From: Flavobacteriales bacterium
GTDB taxonomy: Bacteria > Bacteroidota > Bacteroidia > Flavobacteriales_F > PHOS-HE28
Reading direction: 5' to 3'
Assembly (NCBI GenBank): GCA_039933875.1
Contig: JBDTNF010000005.1
Span: forward strand, 2,373-66,372
DNA: 64,000 nucleotides
Shown: one piece after another, positions 8,257-18,400 of the stretch
How the letters are laid out: each line of letters opens with the position of its first letter
Position numbering within the stretch: the stretch's first letter is position 1
The notes under the pieces: model-generated
The model's database searches: none
Seen by the model: the letters and a program-made list of their open reading frames with translations, nothing else
What the model was told of the DNA's origin: nothing
Program-made: the position numbers and the translations under genes

Positions 8257-11200
8257 ATGGACTACAAGAAGCTGAACATCATCACCGGTTGGTTGGTGTT
8301 CCTGGTGGCCACTTGGACCTACGTCACGACCATCGAACCCACGGCGAGCTTCTGGGATTGCGGCGAATTCCTGGCGACCGCCAACAAACTGGAGGTGGGC
8401 CACCCCCCGGGGGCGCCTCTCTTCATGATGATCACCCGCGTGTTCAGCGCGTTCGTATCGACCGAGAACGTGCCGGTGGCCATCAATATCGCCAGTGCGT
8501 TGTGCAGTTCGTTCACCATCCTGTTCCTGTTCTGGAGCATTACCCACCTGGCCCTCAAACTGGCCACCCGCAAAGGCGATGAGGAACTGACCACGGGCAA
8601 GGTGATCGCCGTGATCGGCAGTGGCGTGGTGGGCGCCCTGGCCTACACCTGGAGCGACTCGTTCTGGTTCAGCGCTGTTGAGGCCGAGGTCTACAGCATG
8701 TCGTCCCTGTTCACCGCCATGGTGTTCTGGGCCATCCTCAAATGGGAGAGCGAAGCGGATGAGGCCCACAGCACCCGCTGGCTCATCCTCATCTGCTACC
8801 TCATCGGCCTGAGCATCGGTGTCCAGCTCCTCGGCCTGTTGTGCATCCCGGCCATCACGCTGGTCTACTACTTCCGCAAGTACGAGCCCACGGCGAAGGG
8901 CATCATCTACACCTTGATCATCGGGGCTGTGATCCTGGGCACCATCCAGGCCATCATCATTCCCGGCCTGGTGAAGGTGGCCGGCTGGTTCGAACTGCTG
9001 TTCGTGAACGACATGGGCCTGTCCTTCAATACCGGCAACCTGGTCTATACCCTGTTGGTGATCGGGGCCGTCGTCTGGGGCCTGCGCTGGACACAGCGCA
9101 ACGACAAGGTACTCTGGAACACGGTGATCCTCGGCGTGGCCGTGATCCTGGTGGGGTACAGCACCTATGCCATGATCGTGGTGCGTAGCACGGCCAATCC
9201 GCCCATCGATGAGAACAATCCGGAGAACGTCTTCAACCTGGTGAGCTACCTGAACCGTGAACAGTACGGCGATCGGCCGCTGCTGGTGGGCCAGTTCTGG
9301 GACAGCCCTACTTCCGCCGAGCGCAAGGATGGAACACCGGTGTACACCGCCACCTACCAGATCCAGAAGGGCGGCCGCACGGTGAAGAATTTCTACGACC
9401 GCTGGAGCGCCCAGCACTTCGTGGATGAGAACCCGGGCCATACCATCGAACACAAGTACATCATCACCGATGCACGCAAAGGCACCGAAGTGGTGTACGA
9501 TCCGGATTTCACGGTGCTGTTCCCGCGCATGTACAGCTCACAGCGCAATCACATCGATGCGTACAAGAGCTGGAGCGATTTCAAGGGCAAGCCCATGCGC
9601 ACCACCGACCGGGAGGGCAAACCCACGATCATCTACAAGCCGACCTTCATGGAGAACATGCGGTTCTTCTTCTCCTACCAGGTGGACTTCATGTACTGGC
9701 GCTACTTCATGTGGAATTTCGCCGGACGCCAGAACGACGTCCAGGGCGGCGGTTCCATCACCGATGGCAATTGGCTCACCGGTATCAAGGCCATCGACGC
9801 GCAGCGCCTCGGCAACCAGGACCAGTTGCCGCCGAGCATGACGGAGAACAAAGGCTACAACCGGTTCTATCTCCTGCCCCTGCTGCTTGGTGCGATCGGC
9901 TTCATTTACCAACTCGTTCGGCATACGAAGGACTGGACCGTGGTCGGCCTCCTGTTCTTTTTCACCGGCGCGGCGATCGTGGTCTACCTGAACCAGACGC
10001 CTTACCAGCCACGTGAGCGTGACTACGCCTACGTCGGCTCGTTCTACGCCTTCGCGATCTGGATCGGTCTGGGTGTGTACGCATTGTTCGATGCCGCACG
10101 GTCCCTCACTCAACGTGAACTGGCCTACGCCGTGGGCGGGGCCTTTGGTCTCGGTGTGTTGAAGTTCCTGGTGGAATCCCTGGGTGATGGCGGCCACGCC
10201 GTCTCTTACATCGTGTTCCTCATGGCCGCGCTTGGCGGTGCCGGGCTCGCGCTGTTCTATGGGTTGGGTCGAGCGATGAAGAACGATACCGTGGCCGGTG
10301 CGCTGGCCATGGTCCTGGGCCTGATCATTCCCGCTGTGATGGTGGCCGATGGTTGGGATGACCATGACCGTGGCAACCGCACGCCCGCGCGCGATCTGGC
10401 GGGCGACTACCTCAACAGCTGCGCACCCAATGCCATCCTCTTCACCAATGGCGACAACGACACCTTCCCGCTCTGGTACGCGCAGGAAGTGGAGGGCATC
10501 CGCACGGACGTGCGCGTGGTGAACCTGAGCCTGCTGAACACCGACTGGTACATCGACCAGATGCGACGCAAGGCGTACGAGAGCGATCCCGTGCCGTTCG
10601 GCCTGGCACCCGAGAAATACCGCCAGGGCACTCGTGATGTGGTGGCCTTGATCCCACAAGGACGCAAGGGCTACCGCGACCTCAAGGAGATGATGGGCTT
10701 CGTGGCCAACGACCGCAACATGCAGGTGCTGTTCCAGCGTGGGGTGAAGGACGCGTACTTCCCGACGGACAAGTTCAGCATCCCGGTGGACAGCGCCACG
10801 GTGTTCGGCAATGGCACCTTGAGCGCCAAGGACACCACGTGGGTGGATCATGTCACCTGGCAGATCGACCGGCAGGTGTTGTTGAAGAACCACCTCATGG
10901 TGATGGACCTGCTGGCCAACAACAACTGGGAACGCCCGATCTATTTCGCCGTGACCACCGGACCGGACAGCTACATCAACCTGCAGGACTATTTCCAACT
11001 GGAAGGCCTCACCTATCGTGTGGTCCCGGTGTACACCCCGCCGGATGAGACCAACCCGAACTTGAACGGCCGCGTAGGCACCGATGTCATGTTCCACAAT
11101 GTGACCGAGAAATTCAAGTGGGGCAACATGGATACCGAGGGGGATATCTACCTCGACGAGAACATCCTGCGCATGACCACCAACCTGCGCCTGCAACTGA

Positions 11201-11631
11201 GCAGCCTCGCCGAAGCCTTGATCGACGAGGGTCGGAAAGAGGACGCCCGCACGGTGCTGGACCTCTCTTTGGAACGTATGCCGGAGCGTAACGTGCCGTA
11301 CGATCGCATCCTGCTACCCACGGTGGAGGCTTACTACGCCATCGGCGATACCGCGAAAGGCAACAAGCTGAGCGAACGGATCTTCACCATCATGGAGGAG
11401 AACCTCACCTATTACATGAGCCTCGAACCCAAGTTCATCAGCAAGCAGGTCGACCAGGAGATGGCGATCTCACACGCCGTGATGGGTAGACTGATGAGCA
11501 CCACCGCGCGAGCGGACAGCACGTTGGGCGATAAGTTGCGCGAGCGTTTCCAGGTGGCCGATGACCTTTACCAGGGCAAGACGCAGGAGGTTCAGAGCAC
11601 CGGGCGGAAGATGACCCGCATGCGGTTCTGA
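8257..11631 (+). CDS. DUF2723 domain-containing multi-pass membrane protein (TMEM260/GT-C-like)
   Basis: The 1124 aa product has N-terminal TASFWDCGEFLATANKLEVGHPPGAPLFMM, which is characteristic of DUF2723. Many TM helices are followed by a large soluble C-terminal part with TPR-like helices. Confidence 0.9.
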   Translation: MDYKKLNIITGWLVFLVATWTYVTTIEPTASFWDCGEFLATANKLEVGHPPGAPLFMMITRVFSAFVSTENVPVAINIASALCSSFTILFLFWSITHLALKLATRKGDEELTTGKVIAVIGSGVVGALAYTWSDSFWFSAVEAEVYSMSSLFTAMVFWAILKWESEADEAHSTRWLILICYLIGLSIGVQLLGLLCIPAITLVYYFRKYEPTAKGIIYTLIIGAVILGTIQAIIIPGLVKVAGWFELLFVNDMGLSFNTGNLVYTLLVIGAVVWGLRWTQRNDKVLWNTVILGVAVILVGYSTYAMIVVRSTANPPIDENNPENVFNLVSYLNREQYGDRPLLVGQFWDSPTSAERKDGTPVYTATYQIQKGGRTVKNFYDRWSAQHFVDENPGHTIEHKYIITDARKGTEVVYDPDFTVLFPRMYSSQRNHIDAYKSWSDFKGKPMRTTDREGKPTIIYKPTFMENMRFFFSYQVDFMYWRYFMWNFAGRQNDVQGGGSITDGNWLTGIKAIDAQRLGNQDQLPPSMTENKGYNRFYLLPLLLGAIGFIYQLVRHTKDWTVVGLLFFFTGAAIVVYLNQTPYQPRERDYAYVGSFYAFAIWIGLGVYALFDAARSLTQRELAYAVGGAFGLGVLKFLVESLGDGGHAVSYIVFLMAALGGAGLALFYGLGRAMKNDTVAGALAMVLGLIIPAVMVADGWDDHDRGNRTPARDLAGDYLNSCAPNAILFTNGDNDTFPLWYAQEVEGIRTDVRVVNLSLLNTDWYIDQMRRKAYESDPVPFGLAPEKYRQGTRDVVALIPQGRKGYRDLKEMMGFVANDRNMQVLFQRGVKDAYFPTDKFSIPVDSATVFGNGTLSAKDTTWVDHVTWQIDRQVLLKNHLMVMDLLANNNWERPIYFAVTTGPDSYINLQDYFQLEGLTYRVVPVYTPPDETNPNLNGRVGTDVMFHNVTEKFKWGNMDTEGDIYLDENILRMTTNLRLQLSSLAEALIDEGRKEDARTVLDLSLERMPERNVPYDRILLPTVEAYYAIGDTAKGNKLSERIFTIMEENLTYYMSLEPKFISKQVDQEMAISHAVMGRLMSTTARADSTLGDKLRERFQVADDLYQGKTQEVQSTGRKMTRMRF

Positions 11632-11643
11632 TGCACTGATGCG

Positions 11644-12273
11644 ATGTACGTGGCGCGCACACCCGCGCTGGTGAAGCCCCTTTTCAAGGAGCTGGTCTGG
11701 AACATCCCCGGTGAAGGCCGGGATCTGTACCTCACCTTCGATGATGGACCCATCCCGGAGGTGACCCCATGGGTGTTGGATACCCTTGCGGCGCACGATG
11801 CGAAGGCCAGCTTCTTCGTGATCGGGCGGAACGCAGCCGCGAACCCGGAGATCCTCGCGCGCATAAAGGCCGAAGGACACAGCGTGGGCAACCACACCTG
11901 GGACCACTGCAACGGCTGGAACACGAACACCTTCGTCTACCTGCGCAATGTGATGCGCTGCCAGCACCTCACCGGAACGCGCCTCTTCCGGCCACCCTAT
12001 GGCAGGCTCACACGCGGACAGGCCCGTGCCCTTGGCGCGCGGTTCAACGTCGTGATGTGGGAGGTGCTCAGCGCCGACTTCGATACCAGCATCACTGGCG
12101 AGCGGTGCCTGCGCAACGTGGTGCGTAACGCGAAACCCGGGTCCATCATCGTGTTCCACGACAGCGTGAAGGCCGATCCTCGTCTTCGCTACGCACTGCC
12201 AAAGGTGCTGGAACACTTCGACTCCATGGGCTACACCTTCAAGGCACTGCCTGAAGCACCTGCGCGGTCTTGA
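11644..12273 (+). CDS. polysaccharide deacetylase (NodB homology) family protein
   Basis: LTFDDGP, GHSVGNHTWDH and FRPPYG motifs are present. Confidence 0.88.
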   Translation: MYVARTPALVKPLFKELVWNIPGEGRDLYLTFDDGPIPEVTPWVLDTLAAHDAKASFFVIGRNAAANPEILARIKAEGHSVGNHTWDHCNGWNTNTFVYLRNVMRCQHLTGTRLFRPPYGRLTRGQARALGARFNVVMWEVLSADFDTSITGERCLRNVVRNAKPGSIIVFHDSVKADPRLRYALPKVLEHFDSMGYTFKALPEAPARS

Positions 12274-12276
12274 CGC

Positions 12277-14481
12277 TCAGGGCTGTACGGCGGTCACCGT
12301 GTACTCGGTGCGACGGTTCACGGCGTGTTCCTCCTCGCTGCATTGCACACCGGGTGCGCAATGGTTCAGCAACCGCGAATTGCCATACCCCTTTGCGGTG
12401 AGTCGTTCCTTGAAGATGCCCTTGCCCTTGAGGTAGGTGGCCATGGCGTCCGCCCGCCGCTGGGTGAGCTTTTGCTGCTCGGCACCATCGCCACGCGCAT
12501 CGCTGTGCACGGCCACTTCGATCGAAACACCGGGGTTCACCGTCAGGCGCTCGGCCAACGCGTCCAGTTCGACACGTGCCGTGGGATCCAACTGTGCGCT
12601 GCCCTCGGCCCAACGAATATGCTTCAATCCGATGGCCTGGCCAATGACGATCTCCTCCAGCGCGAGATCACGGGCGTCGTTCAGGTCGATGATGCCCTGC
12701 TTCATCCCGATCGTGGCCACCGCCACGCTCTGGCTGTAGTAGCCTGGCTTCTCGATCAACACTTCGAACTCCTCGTTGCTCTGCAACCTGAAACTGAAGT
12801 CACCGCCGTCCCCGGTGTGCTGGCTCTCGGAGAAGAAACTGCTCAGGTTGACCACGCTCACCGTTGCCCCCGGCACGAACGCCAGACGGTCCTTAAGGCG
12901 GAGCGCACCACGTAGCCAGATACCCGCATCGGGGACCAGGTGGATATCGCGTGCCAGGATCTGCTGTTGCTCGATATGTTCCGTGCTGAAGTGTTGCTCA
13001 CCATCATAACGCCCGCGCATCTTCGCCACCAGCCGATAGCCCAGGTCCTTCTGCACGGTGAACGAATACTCACCGCGCGCATCGGTACGCGTCGTGGAGA
13101 CAAGGTGCTTGTCCATGTCGTAGAGCATCACCTCGGCATCCACCACAGGCGTCTCGTTCTCGTCATCGATCACTGTGCCGGTGCAGAGGAAGCGCTGCTC
13201 AAGGGGAGCGAGCATATCGAACGCGTAGATGTCATCATCGCCCTGCCCGCCGGGACGGTTGCTCGAGAAATACCCGCGCTTCTTGGTCGCATCGATGATG
13301 AAAGCGAAATCGTCCTTCGTACCGTTCACCGGCGCACCGATGTTCATCGCTGTGGCGAAACCTTCGGCGTTGCGAACCGACATGAACACATCCAAACCTC
13401 CCAAGCCGGGATGCCCATTGCTGGCGAAATAGAGCGTGCCATCAGCACCAACGAACGGGAACACTTCGCTGTGGGGCGTATTGATGGCGGCGCCCAGGTT
13501 CTCGGGCTCACCCCACTGGCCGCTCTGATCATGGCAGACGTAGATATCCGTGCCGCCGAAGCCACCGGGCATATCGCTCACGAAATAGAGATCGCGGCCG
13601 TCAGGCGAAAGCGCCGGGTGCATGAGCGAGATCTCGCTATTGCTGAAGAGGAACTGCTCAACCTCGCCCCAGCTTGATCCATCGCGCCGGGCTTTGTAGA
13701 TGCTGAGTCGACTGACGCCCTGCTGGCTTTTTTGCGAACGGCCCTGGAAGTAGTTGTTGCGGGTGAACCAGAGGACATCACCTGATGCACTGGCGCTCGC
13801 TGGACCCTCGTGGTATTTCGTGTTCACCGATCCTTCAAGGGATCTCGCGTTCACCAAGTCCCCGCCCGGTGAAACATCGGCGGTGAACACATCAAGGAAA
13901 GGCTGATCGTTCCATGCTGCGCGGCGTTGGATACCCACGGTCTCATGACGCGCCGAGGCGAACGTGACCTGTGTGGTACCCAGCCAGGCGGTGCCGAAAT
14001 CAGAGTATGGCGTATTGATGCTCACGGGGCGCACACTGAAACGCTCGGCATCTTGGGAGAACTTGCGCGCGAACCCGGTGATATTACTCCGACGCTCCCC
14101 GCCCTCCGGTTGCACCAGCGCGAGGTAGCGGTCCATCCATTCCTCCGCCTCTTCATAACGACCATTGCTCTTGAGCGCCTCCGCGTAGTTGTAGAGATCG
14201 CTTGGCTCCCTGTTCAGGAACTTCACCACCACGGCGTACCACCGCTCGGCTTCGGTGGTGTTCCCCAGGCGCATGTAACAATCGGCGAGGCGCTTGGTCA
14301 CGTGCTCGTTCACCGCACCCAGTTCAGCGGCCACCTGGTATTCGGAGACGGCGCGCGCGTAGGCCATCTGCCCGTAATACCGATCACCTTCCCGCACGTA
14401 GGGATCCGCGTTGCCCTGCGCACGCACCAGCGCGATGCTGGAACAGACAAGCACAAGAACGGTGAGGCAGCGCGCGAACAT
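12277..14481 (-). CDS. OmpA family protein (TPR + PD40/TolB-like + carboxypeptidase-regulatory-like + OmpA C-terminal domain)
   Basis: A signal peptide and TPR-like N-terminus are present. The SPDGRDLYFVSD...GGTDIYV motif is PD40-like. The C-terminal OmpA-like peptidoglycan-binding block is HSDARGD...NRRTEYTV. It is the last gene of the T9SS cargo cluster. Confidence 0.9.
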   Translation of the reverse strand: MFARCLTVLVLVCSSIALVRAQGNADPYVREGDRYYGQMAYARAVSEYQVAAELGAVNEHVTKRLADCYMRLGNTTEAERWYAVVVKFLNREPSDLYNYAEALKSNGRYEEAEEWMDRYLALVQPEGGERRSNITGFARKFSQDAERFSVRPVSINTPYSDFGTAWLGTTQVTFASARHETVGIQRRAAWNDQPFLDVFTADVSPGGDLVNARSLEGSVNTKYHEGPASASASGDVLWFTRNNYFQGRSQKSQQGVSRLSIYKARRDGSSWGEVEQFLFSNSEISLMHPALSPDGRDLYFVSDMPGGFGGTDIYVCHDQSGQWGEPENLGAAINTPHSEVFPFVGADGTLYFASNGHPGLGGLDVFMSVRNAEGFATAMNIGAPVNGTKDDFAFIIDATKKRGYFSSNRPGGQGDDDIYAFDMLAPLEQRFLCTGTVIDDENETPVVDAEVMLYDMDKHLVSTTRTDARGEYSFTVQKDLGYRLVAKMRGRYDGEQHFSTEHIEQQQILARDIHLVPDAGIWLRGALRLKDRLAFVPGATVSVVNLSSFFSESQHTGDGGDFSFRLQSNEEFEVLIEKPGYYSQSVAVATIGMKQGIIDLNDARDLALEEIVIGQAIGLKHIRWAEGSAQLDPTARVELDALAERLTVNPGVSIEVAVHSDARGDGAEQQKLTQRRADAMATYLKGKGIFKERLTAKGYGNSRLLNHCAPGVQCSEEEHAVNRRTEYTVTAVQP

Positions 14482-14484
14482 GCT

Positions 14485-15417
14485 CTAGAAGTAGCGGGGT
14501 GAGATGGTACGACCCTTCACGAAACGGAGGTCGTAGTTCAACATGATCTCGTGCGTACCCGCGTTGTAGGCGCCCATCTGGGTGGTCGTCAGATCGAACG
14601 CATAGCCGATGCGGAACTGGTCGTTCACCTGGTACTGCCCAAGCAGACCGAACGCGTTACCCAACCTGTACATGGCGCCCAACCAGATGCGATCGCGCAA
14701 CAGGAAATTGGCGTTCAGGTCCAGTGACAAGGGCGCACCCTCCACCACACGCAACATCATCGAAGGTTTGAATTTCAAGTGACGGTCCAGGTCCATCACA
14801 TAGCCCCCCATGAGGTAATAGTGCCGCACTTCCGTCGCGGTCACGAGGCCGTCCACGTTGGCGGCGTCGATGTCGTTCTCGAGCAACTTCGGAACACTCA
14901 CCCCGGCGTAGTAGCGCGGCCCTTGCCAGAACATGCCAAAGCCGAAGTTGGGGAGCACGGTGCCCTTGATGTTCACGCTCGCATTGTCAGGGTCGACACT
15001 CGTGAGGGTGGCCAGATCGGCTTGGTACAGATTGATCCCGCCTTTCAGGCCGAAGGCGAGGCGCGTATCCCTGCCGGTCCGGATGCGATAGGCATAGTCA
15101 GCGTATGCCGAGGTCTGCCGCGTCGGGCCGATCTTGTCGGTGAGCACCGAAAGGCCGAGGGCCATGTGCTCATTGGGCAATGGGGAATGGGCCAACAAGG
15201 TCTGCGTGGAGGGCGCACCTTCGAAGCCTACCCACTGGTGGCGGCTCAACGCCATCACTGTGAACACGTTCGCGCCGCCCGCATAAGCCGGGTTGAAGGC
15301 GAGCGTATTGAACATGTACTGGCTGTAGATCGGATCCTGTTGCGCCGAGCAGGTGAGCGTAACGAAGGCCAATGCCACCGAGCAGACAGAACGTGTGATA
15401 TGCCGACGCATCCTCAT
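14485..15417 (-). CDS. PorP/SprF family type IX secretion system membrane protein
   Basis: ORF trimmed to the Met at 15417. A signal peptide is followed by QQDPIYSQYMFNTLAFNPAYAGG, the hallmark SprF N-terminus. Its ATG overlaps the stop of the upstream giant gene (ATGA at 15414-15417). Confidence 0.9.
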   Translation of the reverse strand: MRMRRHITRSVCSVALAFVTLTCSAQQDPIYSQYMFNTLAFNPAYAGGANVFTVMALSRHQWVGFEGAPSTQTLLAHSPLPNEHMALGLSVLTDKIGPTRQTSAYADYAYRIRTGRDTRLAFGLKGGINLYQADLATLTSVDPDNASVNIKGTVLPNFGFGMFWQGPRYYAGVSVPKLLENDIDAANVDGLVTATEVRHYYLMGGYVMDLDRHLKFKPSMMLRVVEGAPLSLDLNANFLLRDRIWLGAMYRLGNAFGLLGQYQVNDQFRIGYAFDLTTTQMGAYNAGTHEIMLNYDLRFVKGRTISPRYF

Positions 15418-18400
15418 CGGTTCAAGTACACATAGCCTGTCAACGCTTCCTTGCCGTTGCCGAGGTCGAGGATGTAGAAGTAGGTGCCTGCAGGCGCAGG
15501 ACCGGCAAGAGCCGCGTTCGGCGATGTGCCATCCCACACCACGGTCCGGTTGTCGTAGCCGACCCCGTCATAGATCTCCCCGCCCCAGCGGTTGAAGATC
15601 ACCAAGGTGTTGTTCGGATAGCCTTCGATCCCGGGGATCAGGAACGTTTCGTTCACGCCATCGCCGTTCGGTGAGAAGGTCTCTGGAACGAACACATCGT
15701 CCTCGAACACGCAGGGCGTTCCGCCAACAACGTGGACCACACCGCAGGAGTACTGATCCTGCACGAACGCTTCGAAATCCTGGCTGGTGAAAAGCGGAAT
15801 GCTTGTGAACACATACACCGGTCCGGGTGAAATGACGCCATCAAGGCCGGTGACCTGGTAGGTGGCGGCGTCGCCCTGTTCGATGGTGAAGCTCACCACA
15901 TACGTGCGGTCCTCCTCATTGCATGTGCCAACCACATCGATCACATGAACACTGCTCACCACGACCACGTTCACCTGGGCTGACGCGTTACCACAACCGG
16001 ACGCGGAAACCGTGTAGCTGAAGTCGTACTCACCCGGAGCCACACCGGTGGTGTTCAACATCCCGCCGGTCAATCCGCCCGCACCATCAAGATCCACCCA
16101 TGTGCCGCCCACTTGCGGCGCGCCGAGCAGACCCGTGAAAAGATCCAGCGCGACGACTGTATCGCATGCCAGCAACTCTCCGTCCGCACCAGCGTCAGGC
16201 GGCTCATTAATGGTGATGTCGACCACTGCCGTGGCATCAGGGCATGCGGTGTTGCCCGCTACCGTATAGGTGTATTCCCCGGAAGGATCCACGCCGGGAT
16301 CGAACGTCGCGGAGTGCGGACCACCGGGTCCTGTCCAAACCCCACCGGTCTGCGGACCGCCCGTGAGTTGCGCGAACAGATCGATACTCGCGGCGGTTGA
16401 ACAAAGCGTCAAGCTCGTCCCCGTTCCAGCAACAGGATAAGCAGCTGCTGTGACCAACACTGTGGCGAACGCGGTGCCGCACCCCGGATCGATGATGGTG
16501 TACACGAACGGAGAAGAACCACCGATGGGTAGCGCTGACACATCCAGAATACCATCCGCCAGCAATGCCCCCGTGCCGGTGGGGTCACTCCAGGAACCAC
16601 CCACGGCCGGGCTACCAGCGAGCGCATCGAACAGCGCGTAGGCCGTCTCGGAACCGCACACGGTCACGGTGCTGTCGCCACCCGCGCTTGACCCCGAACC
16701 CACATGGACGATAACCTCGGTGGTGGCACCCACACAAGGACCATTCGAGGGCAGGGCATAGGTGAAGTTCCATGTTCCATTACCCGCGACCGATGGGGTG
16801 AAGATGTCACCGACCAGCGCACCGGATCCGTCCACGTCGGTCCACACACCACCGGTTTGGGCGCCGGTGCCCAAGGAGTCAAAGAGGTTCAGTGGGGCTT
16901 GGTCAAGGCACGCGAAGATCTCTGCATCCTCGCCGGCGTTAACCGCGGGCGTTACGCTGATGGTCAATTCCGCTGTGGCGTCTTCGCAAGGAGCAATACC
17001 ATCGACGGTGTATGTGTAAACACCTGGCTCGTCAACCGCAGGATCGAAGAAATTCCCGTGCGGTCCGCTGGGGCCCATCCACGTCCCATTGGTCTGCGGC
17101 GAACAACCCAGGAAGCTGCGCAGGAGGACCGGATCCTGATCCGAGCAGACGGTGAGCACCCCGTCGCAACCCGCGTTCGGCGCTGGATGCTCGGTGACCG
17201 TGACGAACGCCGCGTCATTGGCACAAGGTGGTGCCCCCATGACGGTGTAACGATAGGTGCCTTGAACGTCGATCGCAGGGTTGTAGAAATTGCTGTGGAC
17301 AGGCGGGTTCGGCCCCCCTCCGAAAGTCCATACACCGCCCGCTTCAGCGTTCGGACCGAGCAAGGTGAACATATCCACCGCACCATCGCTGGAACAGATC
17401 GCCAGATCCGCATCGTTACCCGCGTTCGGTGGCTGGGTGACACCAACCGTTACTTCCGACGTATCGGACGGGCATGTTCCAATGCCGGGGACCACATAGC
17501 TATATGTACCAGGGGCACCGGTGGCTGGAAGGAATGTCCCGACGGGGAGCAATACACCGAACGGATCCAACCAGAATCCACCAGGATCCGGATCACAACC
17601 CAGCGCATTGGCAAGTTGCACAGGCGCCGAGTTCGCGCAAAGGTTCATGAACCCATCACAACCCGCACTGGGGCCGTCGAGAACCGTGATCGTTACACGA
17701 GCCGTATCGCTTTCGCACTGTCCGGAAGCTGGAAGCACATAGTCGAAGCGCCATGTCGTTCCCTCCGCCACTGTCGACGCATCGAACGCGCATCCGACCA
17801 AGGCTCCACTATTGTCCACATCGACCCAGATGCCTCCGGCTTGTGCGTCCGGCCCGAGCAGATCGAAAAGGCAGGGCAGTTCGCTCTCACACACCGAAGC
17901 CGTCGAATCGACACCCGCGAAAAGTGCTTCGGCGATGTTCACGGTGACCGTCGTGCTGCTGCTGCCGCATGGGCTGATACCAACGACCGTGTAGGTGAAA
18001 TGGTAGGTCCCGGCAGGCAGGCCCACGGCGTTGAAGACCGCGCCGTTCAATTGGCCCGTGCCATCGTCGTCGTTCCAGATGCCGCCGCCGTTGGGTGAAC
18101 CCCCGAGGCCCAGGGCAAGCGATATGGCGGGGTCATCGATACACGACGCGATGGCACCGCCATTCCCGGCGTTCGGCGCCGGAACCCTGGTGATCTGCAC
18201 CTGCGCGAATGCATCGATACACGGTGCTGCACCACTCACGGTATACACATAAGCCCCGCTGATATCCACCGTCGGATCGAACACCGGACCATGCAGGTTG
18301 CTATTGAACGTCCACGTCCCGTTGAGGTCAGGCGTTCCACCCAGAAGATCGGCCAGCGGGAACGCCACGGTATCCGAACAAACCAAGGCGACCGTGCTGA

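Noticed and set aside
7990-11196. Long minus-strand ORFs 7990..9453 (487 aa) and 9538..11196 (552 aa), antisense to the DUF2723 gene.
   Set aside because: They are His/Arg/Gly/Asp-rich low-complexity translations with no recognisable motifs. They lie fully antisense to a gene with strong family signatures, and one of them runs across the tRNA-Gln. These are typical high-GC shadow ORFs.
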